From Mytilus trossulus (taxonomy: Eukaryota): a stretch of 64,000 nt of DNA. Location of the stretch: the NCBI RefSeq assembly GCF_036588685.1, contig NC_086383.1, positions 27,404,001 through 27,468,000 on the forward strand, read 5' to 3'. The notes beneath the pieces were generated by a model. That model was not told where the DNA came from. It did not search any database and saw only the letters and a list, made by a program, of their open reading frames with translations. Every line of letters begins with the position of its first letter. Within the stretch, counting starts at the first letter, position 1. The translations under genes and the position numbers were made by a program. Shown one piece after another: positions 38,388-50,843 of the stretch.

Positions 38388-41300
38388 TTAACCTCCACAA
38401 CCTCCACAACCACCACAACCTCCACAACCACCACAATCTCCGCCGCATGCTCCACCATCCGCACCGTCATCACCAGGACGGCCGTCTCCATTGCCATTTT
38501 TACAGCAACCAGTTCCAAAGCAACCATGTTTACCGCAATCTTCTCCACAGCAACCAACTTCACAGCAACTCTCTTGACAACTATGATCACAACAGTATTC
38601 ATCGTCACAGCAATTATCATCACCACAGCCATCACTGGTACCGTTACTAAAGTTTCCTCTTTCAAAATCCCCAATATGATTTATATCATAGCCGTAATTG
38701 TTGTTTTTTTGACACAAATCGCCGACAATACTATCGATGTTTACACTCCCAAAGCCACTAACGTCATTCCAACTTCCCCAGTATCCACCGTAGGGATTTG
38801 GTCCCCATCCCCATCCCCAACTCCATCCAATACCTGGCCCATAACCATCAATACCACAACCTAGCGGTCCTCCAAGGATAACACCTAAAGAACATAATGA
38901 AACAGCATCATATGCAAAGGCTGTACACATGTAAGTACTTTATTTTGATAAAGTAGATATACTTCAGTTTCTATTGATGCATTAATTCAATAAATACCCG
39001 ATGTTTTGTGCATTGTGAGAGAATGACAATACCCTTGTCTTTCAATAGAAATTTCTTTCGAATCTTTCTGTTTTACCATCTGGTATTGATATTTATAGTT
39101 TTCAGCAACACTTTAACTAAATATACTCCTTTTGCAACTGATTTTTATAGTTCGTTTCTTATGCTGTACTGTTATACCACTGTCCCAGGTTAGGGGAAGG
39201 GTTGGGATCCCGCTTACATGTTTAACCCCGCCACATTATTGATGTATGTGCCTGTCCCAAGTCAGGAGCCTGTAATTCAGTGGTTGTCGTTTGTTTATGT
39301 GTTACATATTTGTTTTTCGCTCATTTAAAAAATAAATAAAAATAAGGCCGTTAGTTTTCTCGTTTGAATTGTTTTAAATTGTCTTATCGGGGCCTTTTAT
39401 AGCTATCTATGCGGTATGTGATTTGCTCATTGTTGAAGGACGTACGTTGACATATATATATATAGCTATAGTTGTTAATGTTTGTGTCAATTTGGTCTTT
39501 CGTGGATAGATGTCTCATTGGCAATCATACCACCTTATTCTTTTTTATATTCTTGGTGCCTTTCTGCACAACAAATCATTAGATATGTACCATATACTTT
39601 TATTGCTCAGAAACTCTTTCACTCACGCCTCAAAATACCTTGATATTGAACACGGCATGTGTATGGTACATAACATTTCTAGAGCAATACATCGTAATGG
39701 AAGTAACGAAGGTGTGAAATGTATTATGTTCTAGGATTTAAACATTAAAGTTTACCGGTTAGGATTACAATTTTTTTTTAATCGAAAAACAGTAAAACAT
39801 GCAAAATACAATACAAAGTCGAAGATCATTGAGGTATCAAAATTATAAAACAGATTAAAGTCATGAATAAAATGAACAAACCTTTTGTTTCTCTTTCAAT
39901 TATTATTTGCTATTGAAAAGACATCTCACATCATTTTATTTGTTACATATTGCCTTACCCCTTTGAATGCCTGAATATGTTCTTTCGTCTCTAGTGTTTA
40001 TATGTTGACATTCAGGTTGGTCTGAAATTAATATAAATAAATTTAAAACTGAAAAAAAAACGTTGTGTGCATTACAATTACTCCAATGGGAGAGCAAATA
40101 CATTGTCAAATTAACCTCAGTGTAAATATTTTATTGCATTTAGTTGAAGATCATTTCCGAGAACATTTACGTAAAATATTTACAGATTTAAAAAAAAAGT
40201 GTTTATGATATAGGATAATGTTCCATGCCTGCACCAATCGTTTAACGTAACTATCTGGAAAGTCAAGTGAAAGGTTAAATACGCTTTCAATACGTTTGTA
40301 ACCCGGATGTTTTTTTTGTTTTGCAGTCGATGTATGACTTTTGAACACCTATATTCAACTGTTGCATTTATTCAATACTGTGCAAACAATGTTGTATTGT
40401 AACAAGATGGCCGAAATGAATAAAAAATACACATTATGCATTTGTTGTATGGAAAAAGATAAACAATCGGAAATAGAAGTGTTTCTCATAAAAAATTAAA
40501 ACTCGAACTTCACAAAAAAAATCAGTAAGACAAAACAAAACGCACACACTTGGTCTGTAAATTGTAATAATACACATTACCTATGCTAACACAGTCAGAA
40601 TTAGAACAGAGAAGGGTAATGGGGAATTTAACCAGAAGATAAAAACCCGATCAAAGATCAGAAAACGGACAAATATTACAGATGGGTTTTGAAGAAGAGG
40701 CATTATACGAAGTAAAATGGTTTAACATGTATTTTTATTCCAAGGGCGGTAATTTCACCACAAGTCACATCAATCTGATAGTCAAAATCGACTAAATCGT
40801 TTGTCGTCATTATAAACATTTTAAAAGATAATGTCTGTAAGTCAATAGATGGTTTGCTATAAGAGAACGAATACATGCAGTCTCCTACTAACTTAGAATA
40901 TATTAGCTCCAACATGTTCATTGTGTACTTTTCATTGTCTTGTGGATGTGTCATGTAATTTTTCTATACATGATTTTTTTATAACGAGAACGGTCTTTCA
41001 ATTTTTTTAATACTTTTATTTTTAGTTCAATGTAACGTATTAGGTTATTCAGACTTACATCGTACTACATTAACTGTTGGGTATAAGTTAACCTGGTCAC
41101 CATTGCTTGATTAAGAAGCATTCGCTGGTGTAAACTGATTACCATTGCTTGAATGTTGAGCATTCTCTGGTATATCCTGCTTACAATTGCTTGAATAGTG
41201 AGTTTTCTCTGGTCTAACCTGCTTGCCATTGCTTGAATGGTGAGTATTCTCTGGTTCATCCTGCTTGCCATTGCTTAAATGGTGAGTATTCTCTGGTCTA

Positions 41301-44300
41301 TCCTGACTACCATTACTTAAATGGTGAGTATTCTCTGGTCTAACCTGCTTGCCATAGCTTGAATGGTGAGTATTCTCGGATCTATCCTGTTTGCCATTGC
41401 TTGAATGGTGAGTATTCTCTGGTCTATTCTGCTTGCCATTGCTTGTATGGTGAATATTCTCTGGTCTTGAAGGAGGAGAAGGCAGCTACAACAATTCAAG
41501 TTCAAATTTCATGGTGAAAGGGCAACTTTCATACTACATATCATATGAAAAAACTCATCATAGATGTATTTCCTCTAATGTGACGAAACTTAAATTAAAT
41601 GTGAACAAAACAAGAAAAACGTCAACAGTTACTTTACTACATATTTTTTTTAGACCGCTCATTTTGTCATCTTATCATAAAAAGATTTAATCATCTCAAT
41701 TAGTCAATAATAAAACTTATATTATAAAAAGATTAATTTTGAAAAGATATAAAGTAAAAGTTAAGTGCTAGTGGCACAGCCATTCGCTGCACATTTCAAA
41801 TGGGCTTGTTATTGTACCTACCGTTGGTTTAATAGCCTCAAGCCATGCTCTGAAAAATATAATGAATAAACATAAATAGTATATAATGCTGTGCAATATA
41901 GTACCTGTTTATAATGCAATACTCCAAAAACTAGTCGACTCCTTTCAAGTGTCCGAAACCTGTCACAAATATCCACACGTGCCCGATTCCATTCCACAAA
42001 ACGTGTCCAATTTCACTTCCCCAAAATATGTCCGTTTTTTTCTGCTAAAACTGTTCGAGTTGCACCTTTCTCAAACGTGCCAAATTTAAAACAGGTGTAT
42101 GTCTCAAAATGCTATGTGTTGATATATCTTTTTGACGTCAATTAGATCATAAGGGAATCAATTGGGAACATCACAATTTTGTCGATGCATAAAAAGGGAG
42201 ATTCAGTGTTTGCTTTATAATATAAATAAAAAATTGTAAAATAAAAAATAAAAAATATACACTGTTAGAAATTATTTTAAATTACGGAATATATAGCACT
42301 CATGCAATGTTTCTGGTAATACTATTTTGTTCTTTTTAGTCAATAAATTTCAAATAAGTTAGCTCGAATAGCACTGAAGAGACATGTCAAAATGCGCATA
42401 TTCAGCATAAACATTGATATCATTAATTTCCACGTAAATCACGTAGTACTACATAAATGCATTTTGGTGTTAATCTAATATAATAAAGTTTCTCTAGTAA
42501 ACATTTTTAGTTATAAACTAATATTTGTAGTCATAGTGACAGATAGTTCGAGGATGTCTTCTAACACAGATTTTAAGAGGGTTTACAACTGATCCCAACT
42601 GTATGATAAGTGTTGTAATTACATACTGCATGTCCCCTTCATACGTTGGGAATAAAATCCAGTTCATTTTAAGGTTTCTTCTTTTAGTTCCCTTTTTGAA
42701 GATATCAGGAACACCCATCAAATGTATGACATGTCTGCCTTTTGGAAGCTTTGTGAAACCAACTGTATGAAGACACATTGGTCCAACTGCAATGAAATTT
42801 GCTACCATCTGAAAAAAATGTCATATAGTCAAATAGTTTTTTTTAAGAAATCCCCCAAAATACCGATTTTAAAAAATAATTCAAAAATTAATGATTCATC
42901 ATCGCAGTTATAGGGAAACCTCACTCAGACATATTTATCGGATATCAGATGCGATTTGGTATTATCACGATATTCTCGAGTTCCATTCTAATTTTTTGAC
43001 TTGCTACAAATGTAGAAAGAGATTATAAATTCTCAGTAGAAGGGCGATACCGCTAATGATAGGCTGTCAGTCTTGGATAGTAATAGTATATTAACCTTAC
43101 TTGAAAGAAATCAATTTGTTATATTTTAAATAATAATTTGTAAAAAAATATGATTTTAAATTTATACGTACATATATTTAGATTTTAGAAACCTGTTGAT
43201 CAGTGTTTTTCGTTTGTCGATGTGGTTCATAAATGATAATAAAATAGTAAAATTTTACATATTAGGACTTCGATGGAGAGTTGTCGCATTGGCTTTCTTA
43301 CCACATCTTCTTATAACTAACTAAAATTTATCCCTTTTGTTGATTCTCTACAAAAGTGTCTTTTCAGAATCTAAATTGATGAGTTTAAATAAGTTTTACA
43401 ATTGTGTGATAAGTTTGAATACATATACACAACTGTATGTGGTGCTCCATAATTGGAAAAAAAATATATTCATACAATAGTACATTAGTATGAGAAGATT
43501 ACCTTAAGCCTTATACCACCCTTGTGGTGCCCATCGTCGTTTCCATGGTACCATAAAAGACTGCTGTCGGCATACAGTTTAAAATAACGGTCTTTCCATC
43601 CGTTGACGAAAAATCCTCCTGTATAATACCAAAACATATATAATAGACGAGCGTCTACAGTAACGAATTGAAAATGCTTTCTTTAATATGTCTACGCCAT
43701 GTTTTTAATATATTGTGAAACAACCTTTGCATATGAAATTTTGATATGCAAAGGTTGTATCCCAATATATATTTCGTCAGTTACTGAACTTGTAATTATT
43801 ATTGAAGATGCATAAAACAAAATAAAAAAGCATTACATTTTGTGTTCATTTCAATAATTCGAAATATATTATGTATATGTTTGCTTTTTTGGTTATGCTT
43901 TTCTAATTATTTAACCCTCTTACAGTAAAGAATTAAAAAAGGGATCGCTCGAAGTGACGCTGTTAAAATGATGAGATGCATAAATAGAGATTTAAGAAAT
44001 ACCCTATATGACTCAAGAACATGGGATGAACAAATTATAGGGGGGTTGATTTCAGATGCTGCGAGAAGGTTAACAGATAAACAACATCATAATAATTTAA
44101 ATAACAATATCTGAAATTAAAGTGAAAAACAAATGTCAGGACACAGGATAAACAAGAAGTTATTCGGTAGATTTTAAACAGACAATCATGCACAAGATCG
44201 TCCCAAAACAACACCGGAACCTTAATTTTTTTTATACAAGAACCAATTTAAAACAAAACTATGATCCATCGCAGTTACTTTGAAAGTGTATAATTGAGTC

Positions 44301-45991
44301 AAATTTATTGATATTAATTAAAATGTATGTACATGGATGTAAAAGTGGAGCAAACACTACTGACCTTTTCGATGAGCTCATCCCTATTTTTTTGTGAGGT
44401 TTTGTGTTAAATGTTTTGTTTCTTTGTACTGGTTAGATTAATTGATTTGAGCGTCACTGACGAGTCTTTAGTTGCCAAAACGTAAATCTGGATCTCATCT
44501 AAGACTTATATCTATGATGAGTTTATTATGAACTTAAACTTGTAATGTTGTCCCTTTTGGTAAAATGTGTTTTAATTGCTCCTTGGTTTCATCTTACTAT
44601 TTTGTTATCGTCATGTATCGGTTAAATTCATAGTTTACAGTTACGTTTTTAGACTGCTGGTGGAATTTTCGTCCCCGAGGGCATCACCAGCCCAGTAGTC
44701 AACACTTCGGAGTTGACATGAATATCAATAATGGGTCAATTTCCTGTTTACAAAACTTTGTATTTTTCAAAACAATGAGGATTTTCTTATCCCAGGCATA
44801 GATTACCTTAGATGTATTTGACACAACATTTTGGAATTTTGGATCCTCAATGCTCTTCAACTTTGTACTGGTTTGGCTTTATAAATATTTTGATATGAGC
44901 TTCCCTGATATTTCTTATGTATACGAAACGCGCGTCTGGCGTACTAAATTATAATCCTGGTACCTTTGATAATTATTTACAACACTGAGTCCATGCCACT
45001 GCTGGTGGACGTGTCTTCCTCGAGGGCATCACCAGCCCAGTATTCAACACTTCGGTGGTGACATGAATATCAATAACGTGGTAATTTTTATAAATTTCCT
45101 GTTTACAAAACTTTGTTTTATTAAAAAAACTAAGGATTTTCTTATCCCAGGCATAGATTACCTTTAATGTATTTGGCACAACTTTTTGCAATTTTGGATC
45201 CTCAATGTTCTTCAACTTAGTAATTGTTTGGCTTTATGAATATTTTGAAATGAGCGTCACTGATGAGTCTTTTGTAGACTAAACTCATCATAGATACCAG
45301 GACTAATTTTTATCAATACGCCAGACGCGCGTTTCGTCTGCAAAAGACTCATCAGTGACGGTCGAATCTAAAAAAGTTATAAAAAGCCAAATGAAGTACG
45401 AAGTTGAAGTGCATTGAGATCCAAAATTCCAAAAATTGTCCAAACGCGCGTCTGGCATTATAAATTATAATCCTGGTACCTTTGATAACTATTTGATCTA
45501 CTTAAAATTAAGCCAAATAAATGAGGTTAAATGTTCGACCAATTATTTTCTCAGTATGACTTGATTTGCGTGTCAATTGACAAGTGTTTATTTAATTCAC
45601 TAGACATTAATCTCCAAGGAAATAAGTATAGTGTTTTGAAGACTCATATTATCCTTAATGTACTATATTTTTCAAAGCCTTTATGTTACCAGGTGAATGA
45701 CCTATATTTTTTGTTCAACATATCTACTTTCAGGAAAGAAATTTTTTTTTGAGGTATATGACGTCATTATGCAGTGTTTTTATGTCACTTCACGTGTACA
45801 CTTGTTGATTTTCTCAATTCTAACTAATTTTCGAACAGTCGAGGACAGTTAAAATGAAAGCCCTTTGTATGATATTTAGTCAGAATATGAAAATTCAATG
45901 ACAATGTTTAACGGTTTGTAAATGTTCTTCTTATCTAACATACGTTCATAAATAGTAAGGTAACCAGTCTTCACTACTCGACTTGTTGGCT
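38388..45991 (-). CDS. PH-domain protein, PLEKHB/evectin-like, paralogue B (spliced), with His/Asn-rich 14-aa repeats and a Cys-rich acidic tail; in-frame TAA if the distal exon-5 donor is used
   Basis: Exons 45991-45944 (PTSRVVKTGYLTIYE), 43618-43503 (RGFFVNGWKDRYFKLYADSSLLWYHG...GGIRLK), 42808-42627, 41849-41822 (QAWLEAIKPT), 41485 to 41185/41143/41059 (LPSPPS + repeats), 40021-39959, 38884-38388 (GVILGGPLG...WSWGWGWGPNPY...CC-rich...CGG*). The first four exons are 48/116/182/28 nt with the same phases as paralogue A. A possible start exon is 46084-46075 (ATG ATA GGT G|GTAAAT), uncertain. Confidence 0.82.
39138..39550 (+). repeat. Dispersed repeat family (AAATAAGGCCGTTAGTTTTCTCGTTTGAATTG...GGCAATCATACCACATCTT)
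   Basis: Copies at 28830-29163, 7017-7250, 20420-20520, 25040-25240, 13090-13265 and 1288-1650 (opposite strand). Confidence 0.75.
41090..41467 (-). repeat. 42-bp coding tandem repeat x9 (RPENTHHSSNGKQD) in exon 5 of paralogue B
   Basis: Nine in-frame 14-codon units; unit 9 carries TAA at 41113-41111. Confidence 0.92.
44650..45492 (+). mobile_element. Head-to-tail dimer of the ~355-nt retrozyme-like repeat with an antisense copy inserted at 45280-45441
   Basis: Hammerhead core positions at 44905 and 45260 (period 355). Both monomers end in CCTGGTACCTTTGATAA. Confidence 0.8.
45319..45360 (-). ncRNA. Minimal type I hammerhead ribozyme with intact core, second repeat subfamily
   Basis: Minus strand: CGUCA-CUGAUGA-GUCU uuugc AGAC-GAAA-CGCGCG-UC^UGGCG, followed by the subfamily-B 3' end ...CCTGGTATCTATGATGAGTTTA. 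Confidence 0.85.
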
Positions 45992-48900
45992 CTATAATAA
46001 AAAAAAACATATATATAGTATAATATAGGTTACATGTAGCAATTTGAGATTCTTATTTAATTTGTACCATTTACCACCTATCATTACTTTTCCTTGAATA
46101 ATATTGAACGAACGCAAAATAGAATTTGAACATGCTCTATAGTGAAGCAGGTACCTTTCTGTGCGACATGAACTCACCCGCGGTTTTGGACGGGTTATTT
46201 TGATTAGTGTGGTGTTGGCTATGTTGTGTTTAGGAAACGTTTGTTTTTTCATTTTGTCGTCGTGTTTCGTGTTACCATGACGTTGTCAGTTTGCCTTAAA
46301 ATCACGTCAGTGTTCTCTTTTGAGTGTTTTTCTTCAGCAACATATAATATATTCGTTCCTATAAAGTAATTTGTATCAGCAAAATTGCACCAACTATTTT
46401 ACTTAATCTTATAATTAGTGAAGATATGTGAAATGTAGAGCAGGCTTTTTTATAAACCATCTTAACTCAACACTATGATGTACATTTATAACCTTTTGGT
46501 CCTTTAAGGGGTTCGCGGGTCTAAATCGTTTTTTTTCTTAGTATAGGATTTCGCTATATTTTTCTATAAATGAACTTTATCTTATACTTGTGTTTGAAAT
46601 TTTTATACCCTGGAGTCTCCTTTATGTTGTTTTATGTTACCCACATGTACATTTGCCTGTTCATAAGTTATGTGCATACAAATGTATAAAGCATCTAAAA
46701 TATAGCGACACATAGAAGTAACAGGATGATATTTCCAACAGATTTTTTGGTCACCGATCCTCAACGATAAAGCAAAAACACTATATATCATTTCGTGTTT
46801 TGTGTTTAAGGTTTAAAATCCTAACATAAATCGTCGTTTATCAAATTCATTTTTTCAATACATAAGTATTAGAATATCTTGTAAATATTAAAGAAAAGAC
46901 AAACAAATACCAACCGAGAACCACCCACATAACTGAGGCACAGTACTTATTTAATTAGCAACTAAATATGAATAGAGTTTAAATGTCACATAAATCATAA
47001 AACGCTAATGTACCATAAAATGATGAGTAGATTGTTTTCGAATATATATTCTTAAATATATAATAAAAGTATAATAAATATTTAATAAAAGTATTTGTAT
47101 ACTCAAAATGCCGCTTCCGGGTGCGGTATACTCTTGCTGTGTTCAATACCGATTGATGGCTTTTGACTTGTCATTTTACTCTAATGATGGGTTATTGTCT
47201 CTTTGAGTCATTAGCCATTTTCATTATCTATTTTATCTGATATTTGTCCAACTTTTTGTATCAGACATCTAATAGTTTATATGAAATTCCCTTTAATTCG
47301 TATAGGATCTGGATCACAACACTCCATGGTTTGTGTATAGATTCAAGTGTAGTAAACGATCGTTAAATATAAATTGTAAACAACTATTGTAGGAAGAATA
47401 CTTAAAATAAAATGCGTATCAAATAAAGGGCACTAGTACTTAAACACCCGAAATGAGATACGACCACGTGTTCGTTGAAAATGTTATAACAAAAGAATTG
47501 GAACTCCTATGGGAATTTAAAAAAATCCATAAAAACTGTCAAAATTAATCATTTTCAACAAAACGAGTTAACAATAACTGATAAAAGTCTGATTAGATAC
47601 AGCCTTTTTTCCAATGAAAATGAAACTATATAAAAAAAATATTGAAATAAGATAGCAGAAAAAAGTATGAATGTATTAAATAACACGATATGAATTTTAC
47701 ATGGTCCAGTAGAGATAGGGAATACTATCCAATAGAGGAAGTATACATTTTAAAGTAAGCAATGATATTGACGTACATTTAAAATATAGTGCGTATTAAA
47801 AAAACATAAGTATTTCCAAACAGACGATTCAATTAAAATCTATATTTCAAAATATCAAAATACCTGGTGGAGTAAAAAATACTATCTAATTTCAAAAGTG
47901 TATACACTTACTAAAAAATATATAGTAAACAACAATATGGACGTAAATTTAATTTAAACATAGTTAAAGGAAAATGCGTATCAATTAAGACACAAATATT
48001 TCTATATCAAGTATGATAATGGCATATTAGTAAAAATAGGTATTTCAAATATTGAAGTTGGATAATAAAACCAAAATAATGAAAAGATAACAAATAATAT
48101 AACAAAATTGTTACATGAATGAGTAGATATCTGGAAATTGAATTCAAAAAAATACTACACGTTAACTTATCAACATAATAGGATTTGAACATGCATGGGT
48201 TGAGATTGGGAACACTATCGAAAATAAGAACGTGTATAAATCATAATAAACAACAACCATCATGCTCTTCAACTCCATGCCTTATTTGGCCTTTTTAACT
48301 TTTTTTTATTCGAGCGTCAGTGATTTGTTCTTTGTAGACGAAACGCATGTTAGCGATAATACAAAATTTCAATTCAGGTATCTTGGATTAGTTTATTTAG
48401 TACATTTCAAATAAAGTGCGTATCAAATAAGACACAAGTATTCAAACACATATATTAAAAAGATGACGCGTTAGTTAAAAAAACATATTTCAAAATATTA
48501 AAAATAGATGATAAAAATAAAATATTGAAAATTAACTGATCAAAATGAATGAATTTTATACGAAGTGTATAAATCATAAAAAAAACAGCAATCACCATGC
48601 TCCATTCTTTATTTGGCCTTTTTAACTTTTTTTTTATTCGAGCGTCATGTCACTGATTTGTTATTTTGTAAATCAAAAGAAAAGAATGATAAATTAATTA
48701 CTTAATCTGAAATAATTGTAACATGGTGAAAACTATCGATTATAAGGAGTGTACACCATTATAATAAAAGACAATCATGAATAACATTACAAATGAAGTT
48801 CGTATAAAAAAAAAAATGTATTTGAAGACAAAATATGATACTATGGTGTATTATCAAAAAAAATATCAACATATTTTTAAAATAAAAAGAAACAATATTC

Positions 48901-50843
48901 CTATGAGTTGTCCAAATCTTGAAGCTACAACAGCATTGCCCATATCATTGACCTGAACTTGAAAACTAAACAGATGAAATTCGTATGCAGGCAGTTTGAT
49001 TATTTCCATAAAAATATTAATGAAATCATTCATGTGATAGAAAAATTAATTAGTTATTTGCAATTGTTTTTTTGTGAGTTACAAAATGACTTCGTGTTGT
49101 AAATGGTGATTTTCAACTGTCTTTGTGACATTGATCCGCATCTGATTTTCCTCAGGTGCAAACGGATTTGTTAAAAAGATGGGGAGGTGCCTGGCAATTT
49201 AATGTTTTGAATGATACCTATACAGGGTTTGAATTTATCATTTATCCATAATCATATCCTCTTCCTGAATTATCGTCATCATAATTTACTTTTACATTTG
49301 CAAATAATCCAGATAAAGATGTGAAAAAGACAAGAGGGCCTGGGTTTTTTGAACAAAATTTTTAACAAAGACAATTTACCTATCTAATAAAATGGTGTGA
49401 GCCAAAATATCCTATCTTAATTTTAGCTACTTTTGACCAGGTCAAACCAGTTTGACTAATGAAGTGTAAACAATTTCACTAGCACAAAAAAATCACATAA
49501 TATAATGGCTAAATTTTAAGACCTGTCAGATGAATGCATATTAATACTAAGAATATAATTAAGAAACTACTTTATACCAAGAATAAATCACTAAATATAC
49601 ATACATTCTAAACTTCATTTATTGCCTAAAATCATGTTCGGCAATAGGTTGAATAATCATCATCAGATTTCAGTTAATAAGCTTAACACATGATTTATGC
49701 CTAAAAATTTCAGGCAATAACTTAATGTCTATGATTTAAGCTTAATGCCTAATTTCACTTATTGCCGCAAACATATATATGCAAACGAATAAGGCAAGCG
49801 TTCATACCTGTAATCGAAAATAAATAACTAATGACTTTGATATGGCATAAAACACATAACAACATTTTTTGTCCTTTTTAAATATTCCTAGAAGACCATC
49901 ACTGCTGGATGACTTTTATTAGTGCCTCGTTTTTAACCCTATTCAGGCTGTCTGTTGTTTAAAATAAATACTTGGACTTGTGCAGTTGAGCAATTTTTAC
50001 AGTATATAAACTTTCTATGAATCATTGTACTATGATACCGAGTTATTATCAAGTGACAGATGAAGAGGGGAGGGATGGCACACATAGTTTAAGTTGAAGA
50101 AACAATTAAATACGTTTGATATAATAGCAACAATTCACAAAATAAACCAGCAAAAAAAATAAAGGAAACAAATATTTCTAAACTTTTTAAAATTAGTCAA
50201 ACCAGATGTCTCAGTCACAAAGGCGCGCCAAATGCATCTAAGAACTGAATTCGATGAACGAAAGTTACCAGGGCTATGAGAAACGTAATAACAACATATC
50301 GATGAACGATTATTTGAAAAAAGTCGAACCTCAGTAGTTTCCGAGAAAATATACAACCATTTAAAGAATAAACTAAAAAAATGAAATGGGGAATGTTTCA
50401 ATTAGACAACCCGACAAATAAGAAGAAAACAGCAAAAAGGCCATCAATGGTTCTTAAACACAGCAAGAAAATCCTGCATCCGTAAGCGGCCCACTAAACA
50501 AAAAATGTGTAATAATTCAGAAAAAATCGACGTCATACTAACTCGAAATCGTGTAAACGAACTAAAATCATACAGGACTAACAAAGAACAGACGCTCTTG
50601 ACTTTTGACAGGGATAAAATGCTGGTCAAAAAATAAAATGTGAAAAAAATATATTATTTTTATTTTATCTTTCATTTCATTTTCCATGAAACAATAAATA
50701 GATTTTTTTTAAATTGTGTAACATATGTTTATTCTGCAAAAACACGCAATATCGTCATTATGACCCGATGTGTAAGGAACCCTTTTAAACATTTTACACC
50801 GTTTCACTTCACATTTCCTATGACACAACTGTATGTAAACAAG

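Noticed and set aside
41065-41505. ORFs MASRMNQRILTIQA...
   Set aside because: Alternative frame of the 42-bp repeat; the spliced frame is RPENTHH.
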